From Nitrospirota bacterium (GTDB lineage Bacteria > Nitrospirota > UBA9217), in NCBI GenBank assembly GCA_035623825.1, contig DASPSR010000061.1, positions 1 through 64,000 of the forward strand: 64,000 nucleotides of DNA. The letters are read 5' to 3'. The translations under genes were made by a program, and so were the position numbers. How positions within the stretch are numbered: position 1 is the first letter of the stretch; each line of letters starts with the position of its first letter. Of this stretch, positions 1 through 9,461 are shown piece by piece. Under the pieces are notes generated by a model, which was not told where the DNA came from, searched no databases, and was given only the letters and a program-made list of their open reading frames with translations.

Positions 1-938
1 CGGTACATGAGAGAGAACATCATCTCGGCACCGCCTGTTGCGCCGGGGGTTGGAACAAGGGTCATGAGAGCGAAGACAAATACCTGAAGCACCATGAACA
101 GTATCGGCCGGACAGGTATGCCCATGCTCGCCAGCAAAAGCGATATTATGGAGTAACGGCATATCCATTGGAACGAAGTGAGGGTCATGGTCATCGCAAA
201 GACAAATTTCCCCTCACGGGCAATAAGGCTGTAGGTTCCAATAAAGTTGTTATACACTGATCGAACTTTAGCCTTCAGCACAGCAAGGCCAGGCAACCAC
301 TGTCTTGATTCGCCAGCTTTTCTTTTGACCAGCCATAGGATAACGCACAGGCAAAAGACAATGCCTCCCAAAAGCGCCCACAGCGTCGGGTTTCGAAGTT
401 TTTCCAGGACGATCATTATCTGCGGTAGGTCCCATGACGATGTAATCGTCAGCGATAACGGAACCATAACCAGGAAAAAAATGATGTCTTCCATGTTTTC
501 AAGCGCGGAAAGGGACAGTGCGGCGCCACCCGTAAAACCATGACGCATCAGCATTCCGAGCTTGACGGCGCTGCCGCCGATCAGCGTCGGGCTGACAGCA
601 GCGCCGAGTTCGGCACCGATCGCGATTTTAAAAACCGAGGGGAAGGTTATCCTGTTCCCGAGAAACCTGCTCCATATGAGCAGGCGAAGTGAACCGGTGA
701 ACCACGGGACGATGCTCAGCAGCATCGCGAGCGCGAAGTACAGCGGGGAAAAATGAAGTACCGAAGCGAGAGCCTGCCGGTCGGTGGTGGCGAGATAAAA
801 AAAGATGTTCACGATAATGCCGATGGGTATGAGAAAGAACAGTTTCTGAAAAAGCTGGTCCATCCATTCGGGGATGCCGGTGGAGGGTATTGTCGAAGTC
901 TTGGCGCCGACGTTCGTCTTATCACGCACAGCTGGCAT
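1..938 (-). CDS. Lysylphosphatidylglycerol synthase TM-domain / flippase-like membrane protein (YbhN/UPF0104-like), runs off the window start
   Basis: Not in the ORF track. Manual translation gives MDQLFQKLFFLIPIGIIVNIFFYL...VPTPGATGGAEMMFSLMY, with multiple TM segments and the PTPGxxGxxE motif. Start is ATG 938 (overlapping the upstream gene) or ATG 863. Confidence 0.75.
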   Translation of the reverse strand, partial: MPAVRDKTNVGAKTSTIPSTGIPEWMDQLFQKLFFLIPIGIIVNIFFYLATTDRQALASVLHFSPLYFALAMLLSIVPWFTGSLRLLIWSRFLGNRITFPSVFKIAIGAELGAAVSPTLIGGSAVKLGMLMRHGFTGGAALSLSALENMEDIIFFLVMVPLSLTITSSWDLPQIMIVLEKLRNPTLWALLGGIVFCLCVILWLVKRKAGESRQWLPGLAVLKAKVRSVYNNFIGTYSLIAREGKFVFAMTMTLTSFQWICRYSIISLLLASMGIPVRPILFMVLQVFVFALMTLVPTPGATGGAEMMFSLMY

Positions 939-2796
939 GCCGGTCCGTTTCTGTGTGCTGGTGATAGGAAAGGAAGCGTTGAGCTCCGTCCTTGCCTAGG
1001 TACCGTTCCAGCATCTTAGGTTCTGTCTTTGTCAGATCGACCATGATCAGGCCGTCAAGAACGTTGCCGAAAGCGGGATCAACGTTAAATCCGATAATTT
1101 TGCCTCCCAATCTAATGTATTGCTTTAAGAGAATCGGGACTCCCTTGTTGTCAGTTTCGATGGAGGAGATTAGTTCTGAAATATCATCGATGTCATCGTT
1201 CAAGAATCTCACTGCTGCGTCCATGTCCCATCCTCTGACCGATCTTGAGCGAAGTGGCTTTCTCGCCCTCACAAATTCCGCCATATCTTGCCGAAACTTG
1301 GTCTTTTTGAGGAAACCGACCATGAGCTGCTTGGACATCGGTTGATATTCATCGGTGATACTCACAGGACCGAACAGCGTCTTGTAATAAGGGTTTTCTA
1401 TGATAAACTTGCCGATGCCTTTCCAGAGCAGAAGAAGCGGGGCATATGACTTCTGATATTCAGGACGGATAAACGAACGGCCCAATTCCAGAGCAGGCCC
1501 GAGGCGGTCCAGGAAATCTTTCCTATAGCGAAAAAGCGTACTGGTATAAATGCCATGGAGCCCATGCTGTTTGGTCAACTCATCGGTTCGGCCGAGCCGA
1601 TAGGCGCCGATTACTTCTTTTTTCGTCTTGCTCCAAACAAACATGTGGACATAGCTGCGATCGAATCGGTCCAGGTCGAAGGCCTTACCGGTCCCTTCCC
1701 CGACGGCGCGGAACGTGATCTCCCTCAGACGTCCGATCTCAAGAAGAACATGGGGTATCTGATCGGCAGTGGCATGCAGAACGACATGATCTCCGCTCTC
1801 AACAAGCGTCTGGCTAGGTGGCAGAAGGCGGATCTCTTTCGCCAGATCGTCCGGCTTTTGAGGATTTATGATGGATCCACCGGTGTTGTGGATCCTTATC
1901 GATGGGAACGACAAGAAGCGCCGCGATCGCTGGTTGGTTTGGCGATGCTCCAGGATATAGGTACGCAATCGGAGATACTCCATGATGACGGCATCCTGTT
2001 CAAGGCTCTTTAGCCTGTCGAAAGAGATGACATCCCCTGAGCGAACCTGAATGATTTTCCGACCCTTGTTCAAAAGTTCGTTCGGAAGAAGCGCGGTCCT
2101 CAGGAAAGGATGGACCAATCCCGCCATGTGGAAGGCTGTGCTGTTCGTTCCTTGAAAAAACACCGGGAGCACCGGCGCATTGGTTTTTTTTATGATTCGC
2201 GCGATGCTCGGGCTCCATGCGGGGTCAGTGACAGTCCCTTTCTGAATATCGAAATGCGAGACTTCGCCAGCGGGGAAGACCACGAGCATGCCTCCATTGC
2301 GCACCCAATGGATGCACTCCCGGATCGGCCGGATGTTTTCCCTGACGGACGATCCCCGCTTGAACGGATCTACGGCAATGAGCATTTCCCGCATTTCAGG
2401 TATAGCATTAAGCAGGTAATTCGCCATAAATTTCACGTCGCAGCGCAGGGACCGCAGGATCGATGCCAGGATGATGCCTTCGATGCCGCCGAATGGATGA
2501 TTTGCAACAACGATCACGGGCCCTTTGGTTATCATCAGGCGGGAAAGATCCTGTTCGGAAAGTTCGTACGTCAGATCCAACCTTTCCAGTACCTTATCAG
2601 TGAAAGGACGGCTGTCCGTCATCTGTGAGATGTCAGCGTATGCACGGTTCAGTCTTGGAAATGCGAGGACATGTTCTATTGGGCCCTTCATTATCGAAAA
2701 GAGTTTCTTTTGCAGCGGATCCTTGAAATCGATATCGAGGGAGAAAATTTTATCTGTCTCTATCTGCTCCAGCACGCTTAGTTCCCCTTTCCTCAT
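922..2796 (-). CDS. olsF: Bifunctional amino-lipid (ornithine lipid) synthase, OlsF-type: N-terminal PlsC acyltransferase plus C-terminal GNAT (OlsB-like)
   Basis: NHPFGGIEG and FPAGEVS acyltransferase motifs; C-terminal RLREITFR, DLDRFD, IGAYRL, LELGRSF, LWKGI and VPILLKQY motifs. True start may be GTG 2775, which has an SD. Confidence 0.8.
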   Translation of the reverse strand: MRKGELSVLEQIETDKIFSLDIDFKDPLQKKLFSIMKGPIEHVLAFPRLNRAYADISQMTDSRPFTDKVLERLDLTYELSEQDLSRLMITKGPVIVVANHPFGGIEGIILASILRSLRCDVKFMANYLLNAIPEMREMLIAVDPFKRGSSVRENIRPIRECIHWVRNGGMLVVFPAGEVSHFDIQKGTVTDPAWSPSIARIIKKTNAPVLPVFFQGTNSTAFHMAGLVHPFLRTALLPNELLNKGRKIIQVRSGDVISFDRLKSLEQDAVIMEYLRLRTYILEHRQTNQRSRRFLSFPSIRIHNTGGSIINPQKPDDLAKEIRLLPPSQTLVESGDHVVLHATADQIPHVLLEIGRLREITFRAVGEGTGKAFDLDRFDRSYVHMFVWSKTKKEVIGAYRLGRTDELTKQHGLHGIYTSTLFRYRKDFLDRLGPALELGRSFIRPEYQKSYAPLLLLWKGIGKFIIENPYYKTLFGPVSITDEYQPMSKQLMVGFLKKTKFRQDMAEFVRARKPLRSRSVRGWDMDAAVRFLNDDIDDISELISSIETDNKGVPILLKQYIRLGGKIIGFNVDPAFGNVLDGLIMVDLTKTEPKMLERYLGKDGAQRFLSYHQHTETDRHASCA

Positions 2797-2811
2797 ATTG
2801 CATAGTATTAG

Positions 2812-4056
2812 CTATGCGAATCGAGCCCGTATAACGTCCGTGATCCTATAGCCCCATGACCAGAACCCTGTTTCCGGACAGGGTGACAGGCGGGAATCCT
2901 TCCCAATGAGATACCGGTGCCCGCGCCAGACGACGGTCGAGCTAATGATCGGCACAAACCACACAATGCCGATAATGATGTCTTTTATCGGAGCCAGGAT
3001 ATAAAGCAGCGGAGATGGTTTATCCATCTCGTTTCCGCCGGCCACGGTGTTAATGGTCCAACCGATGATAGAGTCGCCAAAGACCTTTATCAGACCGATA
3101 ATTGCAGCAAAAGCAAGGGTTACACGCGACGGTCCCTCAAGGATCACCGGAAGTGTGGCGACGAATACCGGATTGGCGAGCAATTCCGAGAAATATCTGA
3201 ACCCGCCGATCTTCCACCTGAGTTTGCCCCACCGTGTGTGGCGGTTCAGGAAGCGTTTGATCCCCCAGTATTCGTTCACGTTGCTGATCATGTAGTTTGA
3301 CAAAACGACCTTTTTGCCTGCGCGATGCATTTCGCGTCCTATGACGAAGTCCTCTGCCAGGATATCCTTAAAGGCCTCAAGCCCTCCCAGCGCTTCGAGG
3401 TCCTCTTTTTTCATGAGCATGGACTTCCCGATAACACAAGGCATGCCCAGAAACCTGTCGAGAAAGCTGACGCTGCCGAGGATAAATGAGTTCAAGTGCA
3501 GATTCTCGAGGATCGCGCCAATGCTGCGGCCGCCTACTCCTCGTATCACATTGCTTACGAGTCCGACAGCCGGGTCTTCGGTGTGGCGTACGATTTCCCG
3601 GAGGTAGTTTTTCCCGACCGTTACGTTACTGTCACTGATGAGGATGTAGGGATGGCGGGCCTTCCGGCAAGATGGAATGAGATTGTTTACCTTCGGATTC
3701 AGGCCTGAGTTGCATCGCTCAACGACAATGGTAATATCTTGGTCCGGGTACCTGGCCTGTACCATTTGAGCGACTTTATAGGCCGGATCGTTGTGGTCCT
3801 GAAGGGAGAACAAAATCTCGTACATCGGGTAATCCTGAGTGCAGAAGCTGGAGAGGTTGTCGAAGAGCTTATCATCAAGGCCTCGCAGTGGTTTGAGGAT
3901 CGAAACCGGAGGCAGGGGATGGGCCTGACGGGCCTGCACTCTCCCCGCGGGTGGCCGTTTTCGCTTCATGAGAGAGCACACCGCTCCTGCCTGCAAAAGG
4001 CAGAGTATGAGCCCAATGGTGGAGATTACTGCACACGACAGGAAAAATAGCGTCAT
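2812..4056 (-). CDS. Glycosyltransferase family 21 (ceramide glucosyltransferase / HpnI-like)
   Basis: SILKPLRG, GLNPKVNNL, ISDSN, LAEDF and RHTRW motifs; N- and C-terminal TM helices; AGGAGG SD before ATG 4056. Confidence 0.85.
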   Translation of the reverse strand: MTLFFLSCAVISTIGLILCLLQAGAVCSLMKRKRPPAGRVQARQAHPLPPVSILKPLRGLDDKLFDNLSSFCTQDYPMYEILFSLQDHNDPAYKVAQMVQARYPDQDITIVVERCNSGLNPKVNNLIPSCRKARHPYILISDSNVTVGKNYLREIVRHTEDPAVGLVSNVIRGVGGRSIGAILENLHLNSFILGSVSFLDRFLGMPCVIGKSMLMKKEDLEALGGLEAFKDILAEDFVIGREMHRAGKKVVLSNYMISNVNEYWGIKRFLNRHTRWGKLRWKIGGFRYFSELLANPVFVATLPVILEGPSRVTLAFAAIIGLIKVFGDSIIGWTINTVAGGNEMDKPSPLLYILAPIKDIIIGIVWFVPIISSTVVWRGHRYLIGKDSRLSPCPETGFWSWGYRITDVIRARFA

Positions 4057-4177
4057 CTGGTCCCTCCTTTTATGGTGCTGCCAAGGATTGACAACAAAAT
4101 AGATTCTCAATGCGAGGTTGAGATCGTCTGCACATGCGTAATGTCGAAATATTCCTATATGCCATTCTTGTCATGGT

Positions 4178-4870
4178 TCAATTTCTAAATAGCGTGATTG
4201 CTACTCCCCTGTTATGCCTGATGCACTGTTTCACCGCTTCTACGTCCTTTTCGCAATTGAGGAGCGTTTTCCAAGAGTACAGATGGCGCGCTGTGTGAAA
4301 GTCGCTGTTGGCGACGTAGGGATATTTCTTCAGACTGATAACGTTGAAGACATCATCCCGGTTTGCGATCTCCCAGGCATCTATGTATTTCGCATACTTG
4401 TCTCGGTTGTTCCAGAGAAAGAGCGTGTCTTTGTTGAGGATGTCGGGCGTATGATGCGGATGACAGGCAACGGTCAGTGCATCCTGCCGCTTCGCTTCAA
4501 GAAAAATATCTTCGTAGTCCAGGCAGGCGGGAACGAATTCTTTGATGTCGAGAAGAAGGAGATGAGCTGATTTGGCATTGGAAATGTAATTTTTACTTAT
4601 TTCAACCCCTGGAATAACGAGCATGCCGTACTTTTGCCATGCACGGTCGGCTTCTTGGCGGATGATGGAAAGGTACTCATCAAAATTATCTCCACGTACC
4701 GAAAGGTTGAACTGCCGTGCAAATTTGCCGACCGAGTTGTCGCCACTAACTACATGATCAGTGATGGCAACTACATCAAATCCGGCCTGACCGAATAGGT
4801 CAATCGTATCGCGCATGCTAAGTGATCCATCCGAGTAGTTCGTATGAATATGAAAGTCGCACAGAATCAT
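4178..4870 (-). CDS. PHP-domain metal-dependent phosphoesterase
   Basis: DFHIHTNYSDG, AITDH, PGVE, HPH and NSDFH motifs. Confidence 0.9.
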   Translation of the reverse strand: MILCDFHIHTNYSDGSLSMRDTIDLFGQAGFDVVAITDHVVSGDNSVGKFARQFNLSVRGDNFDEYLSIIRQEADRAWQKYGMLVIPGVEISKNYISNAKSAHLLLLDIKEFVPACLDYEDIFLEAKRQDALTVACHPHHTPDILNKDTLFLWNNRDKYAKYIDAWEIANRDDVFNVISLKKYPYVANSDFHTARHLYSWKTLLNCEKDVEAVKQCIRHNRGVAITLFRN

Positions 4871-4878
4871 TTATCAAA

Positions 4879-4933
4879 ATCATACTTTATTTCTATTACG
4901 GTAATATTAAGATAATATTAAGTTTTTGTTACA
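4879..4933 (-). promoter_or_regulatory. Pho-box-like array (4 heptamers, 11-bp period) plus -10
   Basis: Minus strand: TGTAACA-aaaa-CTTAATA-ttat-CTTAATA-ttac-CGTAATA-(9 nt)-TATGAT. Confidence 0.75.
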
Positions 4934-5182
4934 GTTTGAAAGACTTTGGATGGGAAATGGGAAGGGTCTTGAACTGGAATCTAGGAGCGGCAACGGTTTA
5001 AGAGCCGTTAAGGTCTTCTGCCTGGACATGAAGACCATGGCTCGCTCGGTTTTTTCTCCTCGAAGGCTGTCATTATCCAAGCTCTCGTGTCTTCAGGTAA
5101 AATTTTCATTATAATACAAGTGATTATCGCTTCTCGCGTCATGATTAATCGCTAATCAGTCTGAGAAACAACCTCAGCGTCC

Positions 5183-5461
5183 TTATTGATCGTTGGTGCC
5201 GTCCCCCCGGTCCGCAGGCCGGCTGCACTCGAGCACGAGAGACTTGACTGCGGCTTCTATCTCAGCGAGCTTGACACAATGATCAGGCGTCATGGAGAGG
5301 ACCGACTTCCTCATCCGGTCTTCGAAGGTCTCTCCTCCCTCGATCATGTCATAGTCGACTATGATCGCCTGGACGGGACCGGTGGAGTAAATATCTGCTA
5401 CGACGCCGCTTTCGATTTTGATGATCACGGTGTCAGTCACAGGCCTCTTCTCGCGATCCAA
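5183..5461 (-). CDS. Small hypothetical protein (92 aa)
   Basis: TTG start with GGGGG SD; globular-looking VIIKIESGVVADIYS...IIVDYD sequence; has its own upstream promoter. Confidence 0.6.
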   Translation of the reverse strand: MDREKRPVTDTVIIKIESGVVADIYSTGPVQAIIVDYDMIEGGETFEDRMRKSVLSMTPDHCVKLAEIEAAVKSLVLECSRPADRGDGTNDQ

Positions 5462-5538
5462 TCGTTTTTCCCCCTGACTGAGCGTGCGACGGCACCATGT
5501 CGCATCAGCTCTTAGGATATCGTGTGATTGACGATGAG

Positions 5539-5593
5539 ATCATAGCGTGGCATTGTTACGTCATAGTTACGGCACGATGAAGATATGGTTACA
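5539..5593 (-). promoter_or_regulatory. Pho-box-like array plus -10, overlapping the GH1 stop codon
   Basis: Minus strand: TGTAACC-atat-CTTCATC-gtgc-CGTAACT-atga-CGTAACA-(9 nt)-TATGAT. Confidence 0.7.
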
Positions 5594-6848
5594 TCGCTGA
5601 GCGGCTTTGGATCAGATATGCGTAGTATGTCGCTGCATAGGTGGGCGCGCGTTCGAAGGTATCAAAATCTACCCTGTACAGTCCGAACCTGGCATCGAGT
5701 CCCTGCAACCATTCGTAATTGTCGATGAGGGTCCAATAGTAATATCCTTTCACATCGAGTCCGTCTCGGAGACATTTTTCAACAACATCGACGTGCTTCT
5801 TCAAATATTTTATCTTTTCCTCGGTATCGTGCGAGGCGATCCCGTTTTCGGTGATGATGATCGGCAGATTGAGCCGCGAAGCGTACCGAAGGACTTTTTC
5901 AAGACCACGCGGGTGGATTTCCCAGCCAAGGGTGCTGAGCCCATAGCCGTCAATGTCCAGGTGCCTGAGCTCAACACCCATTTTCTTGAACGGATTGAAC
6001 CGAAGATGGATGCGTGTATAGTAGTTAACTCCGAAAAAGTCAAGTTTGTTCTTGATGGGGACCTCGATCTCCACGGGGCGGGAAAAGGGGAACTTGACGA
6101 TGAAAGTGCCGGTGTTGAAAGCCTGGATGATCGAGTGGTTATAAAAGTAGTTGGCCGTTTTCTTCAGGACGCGATCGAGCGGGTTCCATTTTTTCCACGG
6201 GGCGAAGACGGACATGTTATGCGCGACGCTCACCTGGGCGTCGGGGACGTATCGGTGGATGATGTCGTAGGCCTTCCCATGGCAGGTGAAGATGTTTTTA
6301 AGAGCAACGAGCGAGCGGGGGACGTCACGAAGGCCTGGCGGCGTGCACCCCTCGAGGTAGCCGCCGAGCAGGATTACATAGGGCTCATTGAACGTTATCC
6401 AGTATCTGACCCCTTCGAGAGTGGAGACCATCATCTCCGTGTAGCGTAGAAACTTCTCAATCGAGGCCGTCCTGTGCCAGGGATGACGATCCATGAACCA
6501 GCGGGGGTGGGTAAAGTGGTGGAGGGTCACCATCGGCTCGATGTGATAGCTTCTGAGAATGTCGATGACCTCTTGATAATGTCCGACGGCCTCTTCATCC
6601 CAAGTGAATTCCCGAGGCTGGATCCTGCTCCACTCGAGCGAAAAGCGGTAAGCATTGACACCCAGCTCCTTGAGGAGCTTGAGATCTTCGCGGAAAAGTT
6701 TGTAGTGGTCCGTAATAAGCGGATTTTTCCTCAGCGTGGGGTCCCAGGTTGTCCAATCGGCGTCAGGGGAACCTTCGAGTTGAAACGCCGATGTTGCGAC
6801 GCCCCACTGAAAATCTGATGGAAAAATCTTTTTCTTCTGCTCCAGCAT
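5589..6848 (-). CDS. Glycoside hydrolase family 1 (beta-glucosidase-like)
   Basis: FQWGVATSAFQLEG, YRFSLEWSRI, TFNEP (acid/base), ITENG (nucleophile) and DNYEW motifs. Confidence 0.93.
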   Translation of the reverse strand: MLEQKKKIFPSDFQWGVATSAFQLEGSPDADWTTWDPTLRKNPLITDHYKLFREDLKLLKELGVNAYRFSLEWSRIQPREFTWDEEAVGHYQEVIDILRSYHIEPMVTLHHFTHPRWFMDRHPWHRTASIEKFLRYTEMMVSTLEGVRYWITFNEPYVILLGGYLEGCTPPGLRDVPRSLVALKNIFTCHGKAYDIIHRYVPDAQVSVAHNMSVFAPWKKWNPLDRVLKKTANYFYNHSIIQAFNTGTFIVKFPFSRPVEIEVPIKNKLDFFGVNYYTRIHLRFNPFKKMGVELRHLDIDGYGLSTLGWEIHPRGLEKVLRYASRLNLPIIITENGIASHDTEEKIKYLKKHVDVVEKCLRDGLDVKGYYYWTLIDNYEWLQGLDARFGLYRVDFDTFERAPTYAATYYAYLIQSRSAM

Positions 6849-7106
6849 GAAGTCCTGCGTTTCCCGCTACTATGAACAGTATATTACCATGAAACCAAGC
6901 CCAGCCATCATCATTATGTACAAGAATATCTCTTTCAATTTGTCAAGGTGCCCCTTCTATCAATGCTGTTATAAGTGTCTCGCTTGTCCGATTTTCAGAT
7001 ATTATTTCGGAGACGTTACGATCGCCAGAACCCTGATCGGGATCATGAGTCTGAACATGCCATTGAAGATCCTGACAAGATATTATAAAGTATACTTGCA
7101 CGGCAA

Positions 7107-7146
7107 TATTACAGGAGTGTTACAGCCGGGTTAAAATTAAATGAAA
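7107..7146 (-). promoter_or_regulatory. Pho-box-like array upstream of GH1
   Basis: Minus strand: TTTCATT-taat-TTTAACC-cggc-TGTAACA-ctcc-TGTAATA; TATACT and TATAAT follow at 12 and 19 nt rather than 9. Confidence 0.55.
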
Positions 7147-7626
7147 TAAGTGGCGCAACGCAAATGATCCACAGACTGATCAGGGGGGTTTTGAACGACA
7201 CTGTTCAAACATGTGTTTTTGAAGCGAATTCCAAAAATGAATGAAAGGATTGAAGTGTACGAAGAATATTATTATAATGTAAGAGCTTAGGTCCCTGAAC
7301 CCGAAGACATATGGCGTGGTAAGATTGACGTGATGCAAGGTAACAGGAGACTTGCCTGATAGGCAATAATCCGCCGACAACTTAGGAAATCCCTCTTGGT
7401 TTAAATCGATTTCTGTCAACCCTCTCTAACAGGCACTTCGGTCTAACCAGTCGCGAATGCGAGCGCCGTGCTCGATAACAGCGGTTAGTGTATGTCCTTG
7501 GACATAGACCATTAAATCTAGCGTTTTTTGCCCATTTCGCCCCGTCCGGAGACTTCATCACTTCTTATCGGTGCTATAATTTAATTAGAAAAGAGGGGAA
7601 TGTTATTAGGAAAGGGGGTAATACGT

Positions 7627-7809
7627 ATGATCGTCGATTTGGACAGGAAGGAACGAGATCTTCTCGTCACTGAACTAGAGGGAACCACGATCCCGCAGAT
7701 CAGGGAACTGATCGCTTCGGGAAGCTTGCGGAAAAAAGGTCGTGATGAGCTGAGAGAGGATGAGATGGTGCTCAAGACGTTGCTCGAAAAACTGAAAAAG
7801 GCCGCCTGA
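7627..7809 (+). CDS. Small hypothetical protein (60 aa)
   Basis: AAGGGGG SD, upstream TGcTATAAT extended -10, downstream terminator; sequence MIVDLDRKERDLL...LLEKLKKAA. Confidence 0.65.
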   Translation: MIVDLDRKERDLLVTELEGTTIPQIRELIASGSLRKKGRDELREDEMVLKTLLEKLKKAA

Positions 7810-7874
7810 TCAGAGGTCGATGTTAAGGCGAGTCTGCGCTCTACGGTGTAGTCACGAGAGACCAGGCGACGGAG

Positions 7875-7901
7875 AAAAGGGATGCAGGTGCATCCCTTTT
7901 T
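7875..7901 (+). terminator. Intrinsic terminator (bidirectional shape)
   Basis: AAAAGGGATGC-aggt-GCATCCCTTTTT. Confidence 0.75.
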
Positions 7902-8230
7902 CGTTTTGGTTGCTGCACCAAGCGAGTGTTTTCGAGCTTGGCGGGGTAGAGGTAAAAGTGCTTTCAGGAGAATTTACAACTTTCCTGATCACTCTGTCAT
8001 CAAACACCATGGAATAACGTTGAAGCAGGGTTGCAGCCTCTTGAGAGTTTGATAATGTCTCGAGCGAAAAAACGACGACCTCATCGTAGCATTCATCTCA
8101 ATGTCAATAATGTATCATTAATCACCCCAGCCCCTCCTGACTTCAACGGATTAGAATGGATTACGGTCGAAAATTGAATGTCGAACCGCTCCCGACGCAA
8201 AATCGTGGTATCCTGTAAATAGGAAGACAA

Positions 8231-8512
8231 ATGAACAAGAAAAGACTGACGATGATTACAAAAGCCCTCTTCATAGGCGTTGGAGCTGAATCTTGAAGAT
8301 AAAGGGAGAATAATGAAGGACAGGGCTGATACGATTCGGCAGGAAGGCGATGCAATGGTTAAAGAGGGCTTAAAAATGTGGAGAAAAAGTTTATGGTTGA
8401 AAAGGGCGAAATGATGATCAAGGACGGTGTTATGCTGATGAAGGAAGGCCTGTCACGTCAAGAAGTGGGTGATATGATGATAAAAGAAGGTTAAATGATG
8501 ATGAATAAATAG
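8231..8512 (+). pseudogene. Degraded gene for a small Met-rich exported protein
   Basis: Signal-like MNKKRLTMITKALFIGVG, then in shifted frames EGDAMVKEGLKM and MVEKGEMMIKDGVMLMKEG...GDMMIKEG*MMMNK. Needs two frameshifts and one stop. Confidence 0.45.
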
Positions 8513-8598
8513 AGGTTGGAACAAATACATTTTTGGGGCGTCTTCCGTGTAAGGAATTCAAGATAGGTTTGTAAAACAACTCAAGAAAGGGATTGATC

Positions 8599-9195
8599 AT
8601 GTCAATCCACATCCGCATTTTCTCCGATTACATATGACCCTTCTGCTACATCGGCGAGGGCATCGTCGAAAAGCTGAGACAGGAGTTTGACCTCGACGTG
8701 GAATGGACCGGCTTGGAAATTCACCCAGATACGCCACCTCGGGGGCGGCCCTTGACCGAGCTCTTCCGGCAAGAGGACATCGACCGCATGATGAAGCATC
8801 TGCGCGGTATGGGGGCTTCTTTTGGAATTACATTCGCCGATCGCCCCTTCCTATCGAATTCCCGCCTTGCACTGATCACGGCAGAGCTCGCCCGTGAGCA
8901 GGGTGGATTCCAATCCGTGCATGCAGCAATCTTTTCAGCCTACTTTTCGCAAGGGATCGATATCGGAGATCTCGATGTGCTGTCCGACATCATGCGGAAT
9001 ACAGGCCTTGATGCAGCGATGTTAAAGAATGCCATCAGTAGCAGTACCTATACATCTCGGCTGCTGCAAGCGCAGCAGGATGCATCTCAGGCCGGCATCA
9101 CCGGAGTGCCTACCTTTGTAATAGCCGGCAAACGTACAATCGTCGGAGCCCAACCACTCGACGTTTTCCGGAAGGCTCTCGGAAAAAGTTCCTGA
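8599..9195 (+). CDS. DsbA/FrnE-family thiol oxidoreductase, selenoprotein (UPFC motif)
   Basis: ATG 8599 (AAAGGGA SD) is in frame with ORF 8698..9195 through TGA 8635-8637: MSIHIRIFSDYI-U-PFCYIG. C-terminal GITGVPTF and IVGAQP motifs. Confidence 0.85.
8651..8669 (+). promoter_or_regulatory. Candidate bacterial SECIS hairpin
   Basis: TCGGCGA-gggca-TCGTCGA (7 bp, one G-U); loop starts with G and lies 20 nt after the UGA. Confidence 0.65.
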
Positions 9196-9371
9196 GATCA
9201 TGAGCCGGATGATGATATTTGATGTTGGGCCTGATCGCAAGGAAGATGCCGGCCTGTAAGTCCCGTTGCAGCGGGTTTTTTAAAGCTTGCGTATATTTAC
9301 AATACATTAGTATTATATTTATAGGGTCACGATAAATGCATCTTTCATTATAAATATCGCAATGTTTTGCC

Positions 9372-9400
9372 TTGACGAATGGTATCTGCCGAGATAACAT
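9372..9400 (+). promoter_or_regulatory. sigma70-type promoter for aor
   Basis: TTGACG-17 nt-TAACAT. Confidence 0.55.
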
Positions 9401-9461
9401 TACAGCATATTGACTCATTCGTCATGTTGGAGAAACGCCTTGAAGAATGGGAGGAGGCATT

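Noticed and set aside
7441-7490. attC-like site (GTCTAAC...GTTAGTG)
   Set aside because: The right end does not fit GTTRRRY, internal symmetry is poor, and there is no integrase or cassette array.
7810-7875. Possible riboswitch or sRNA before the 7875 terminator
   Set aside because: No recognisable aptamer, and it lies in a 3' UTR position.
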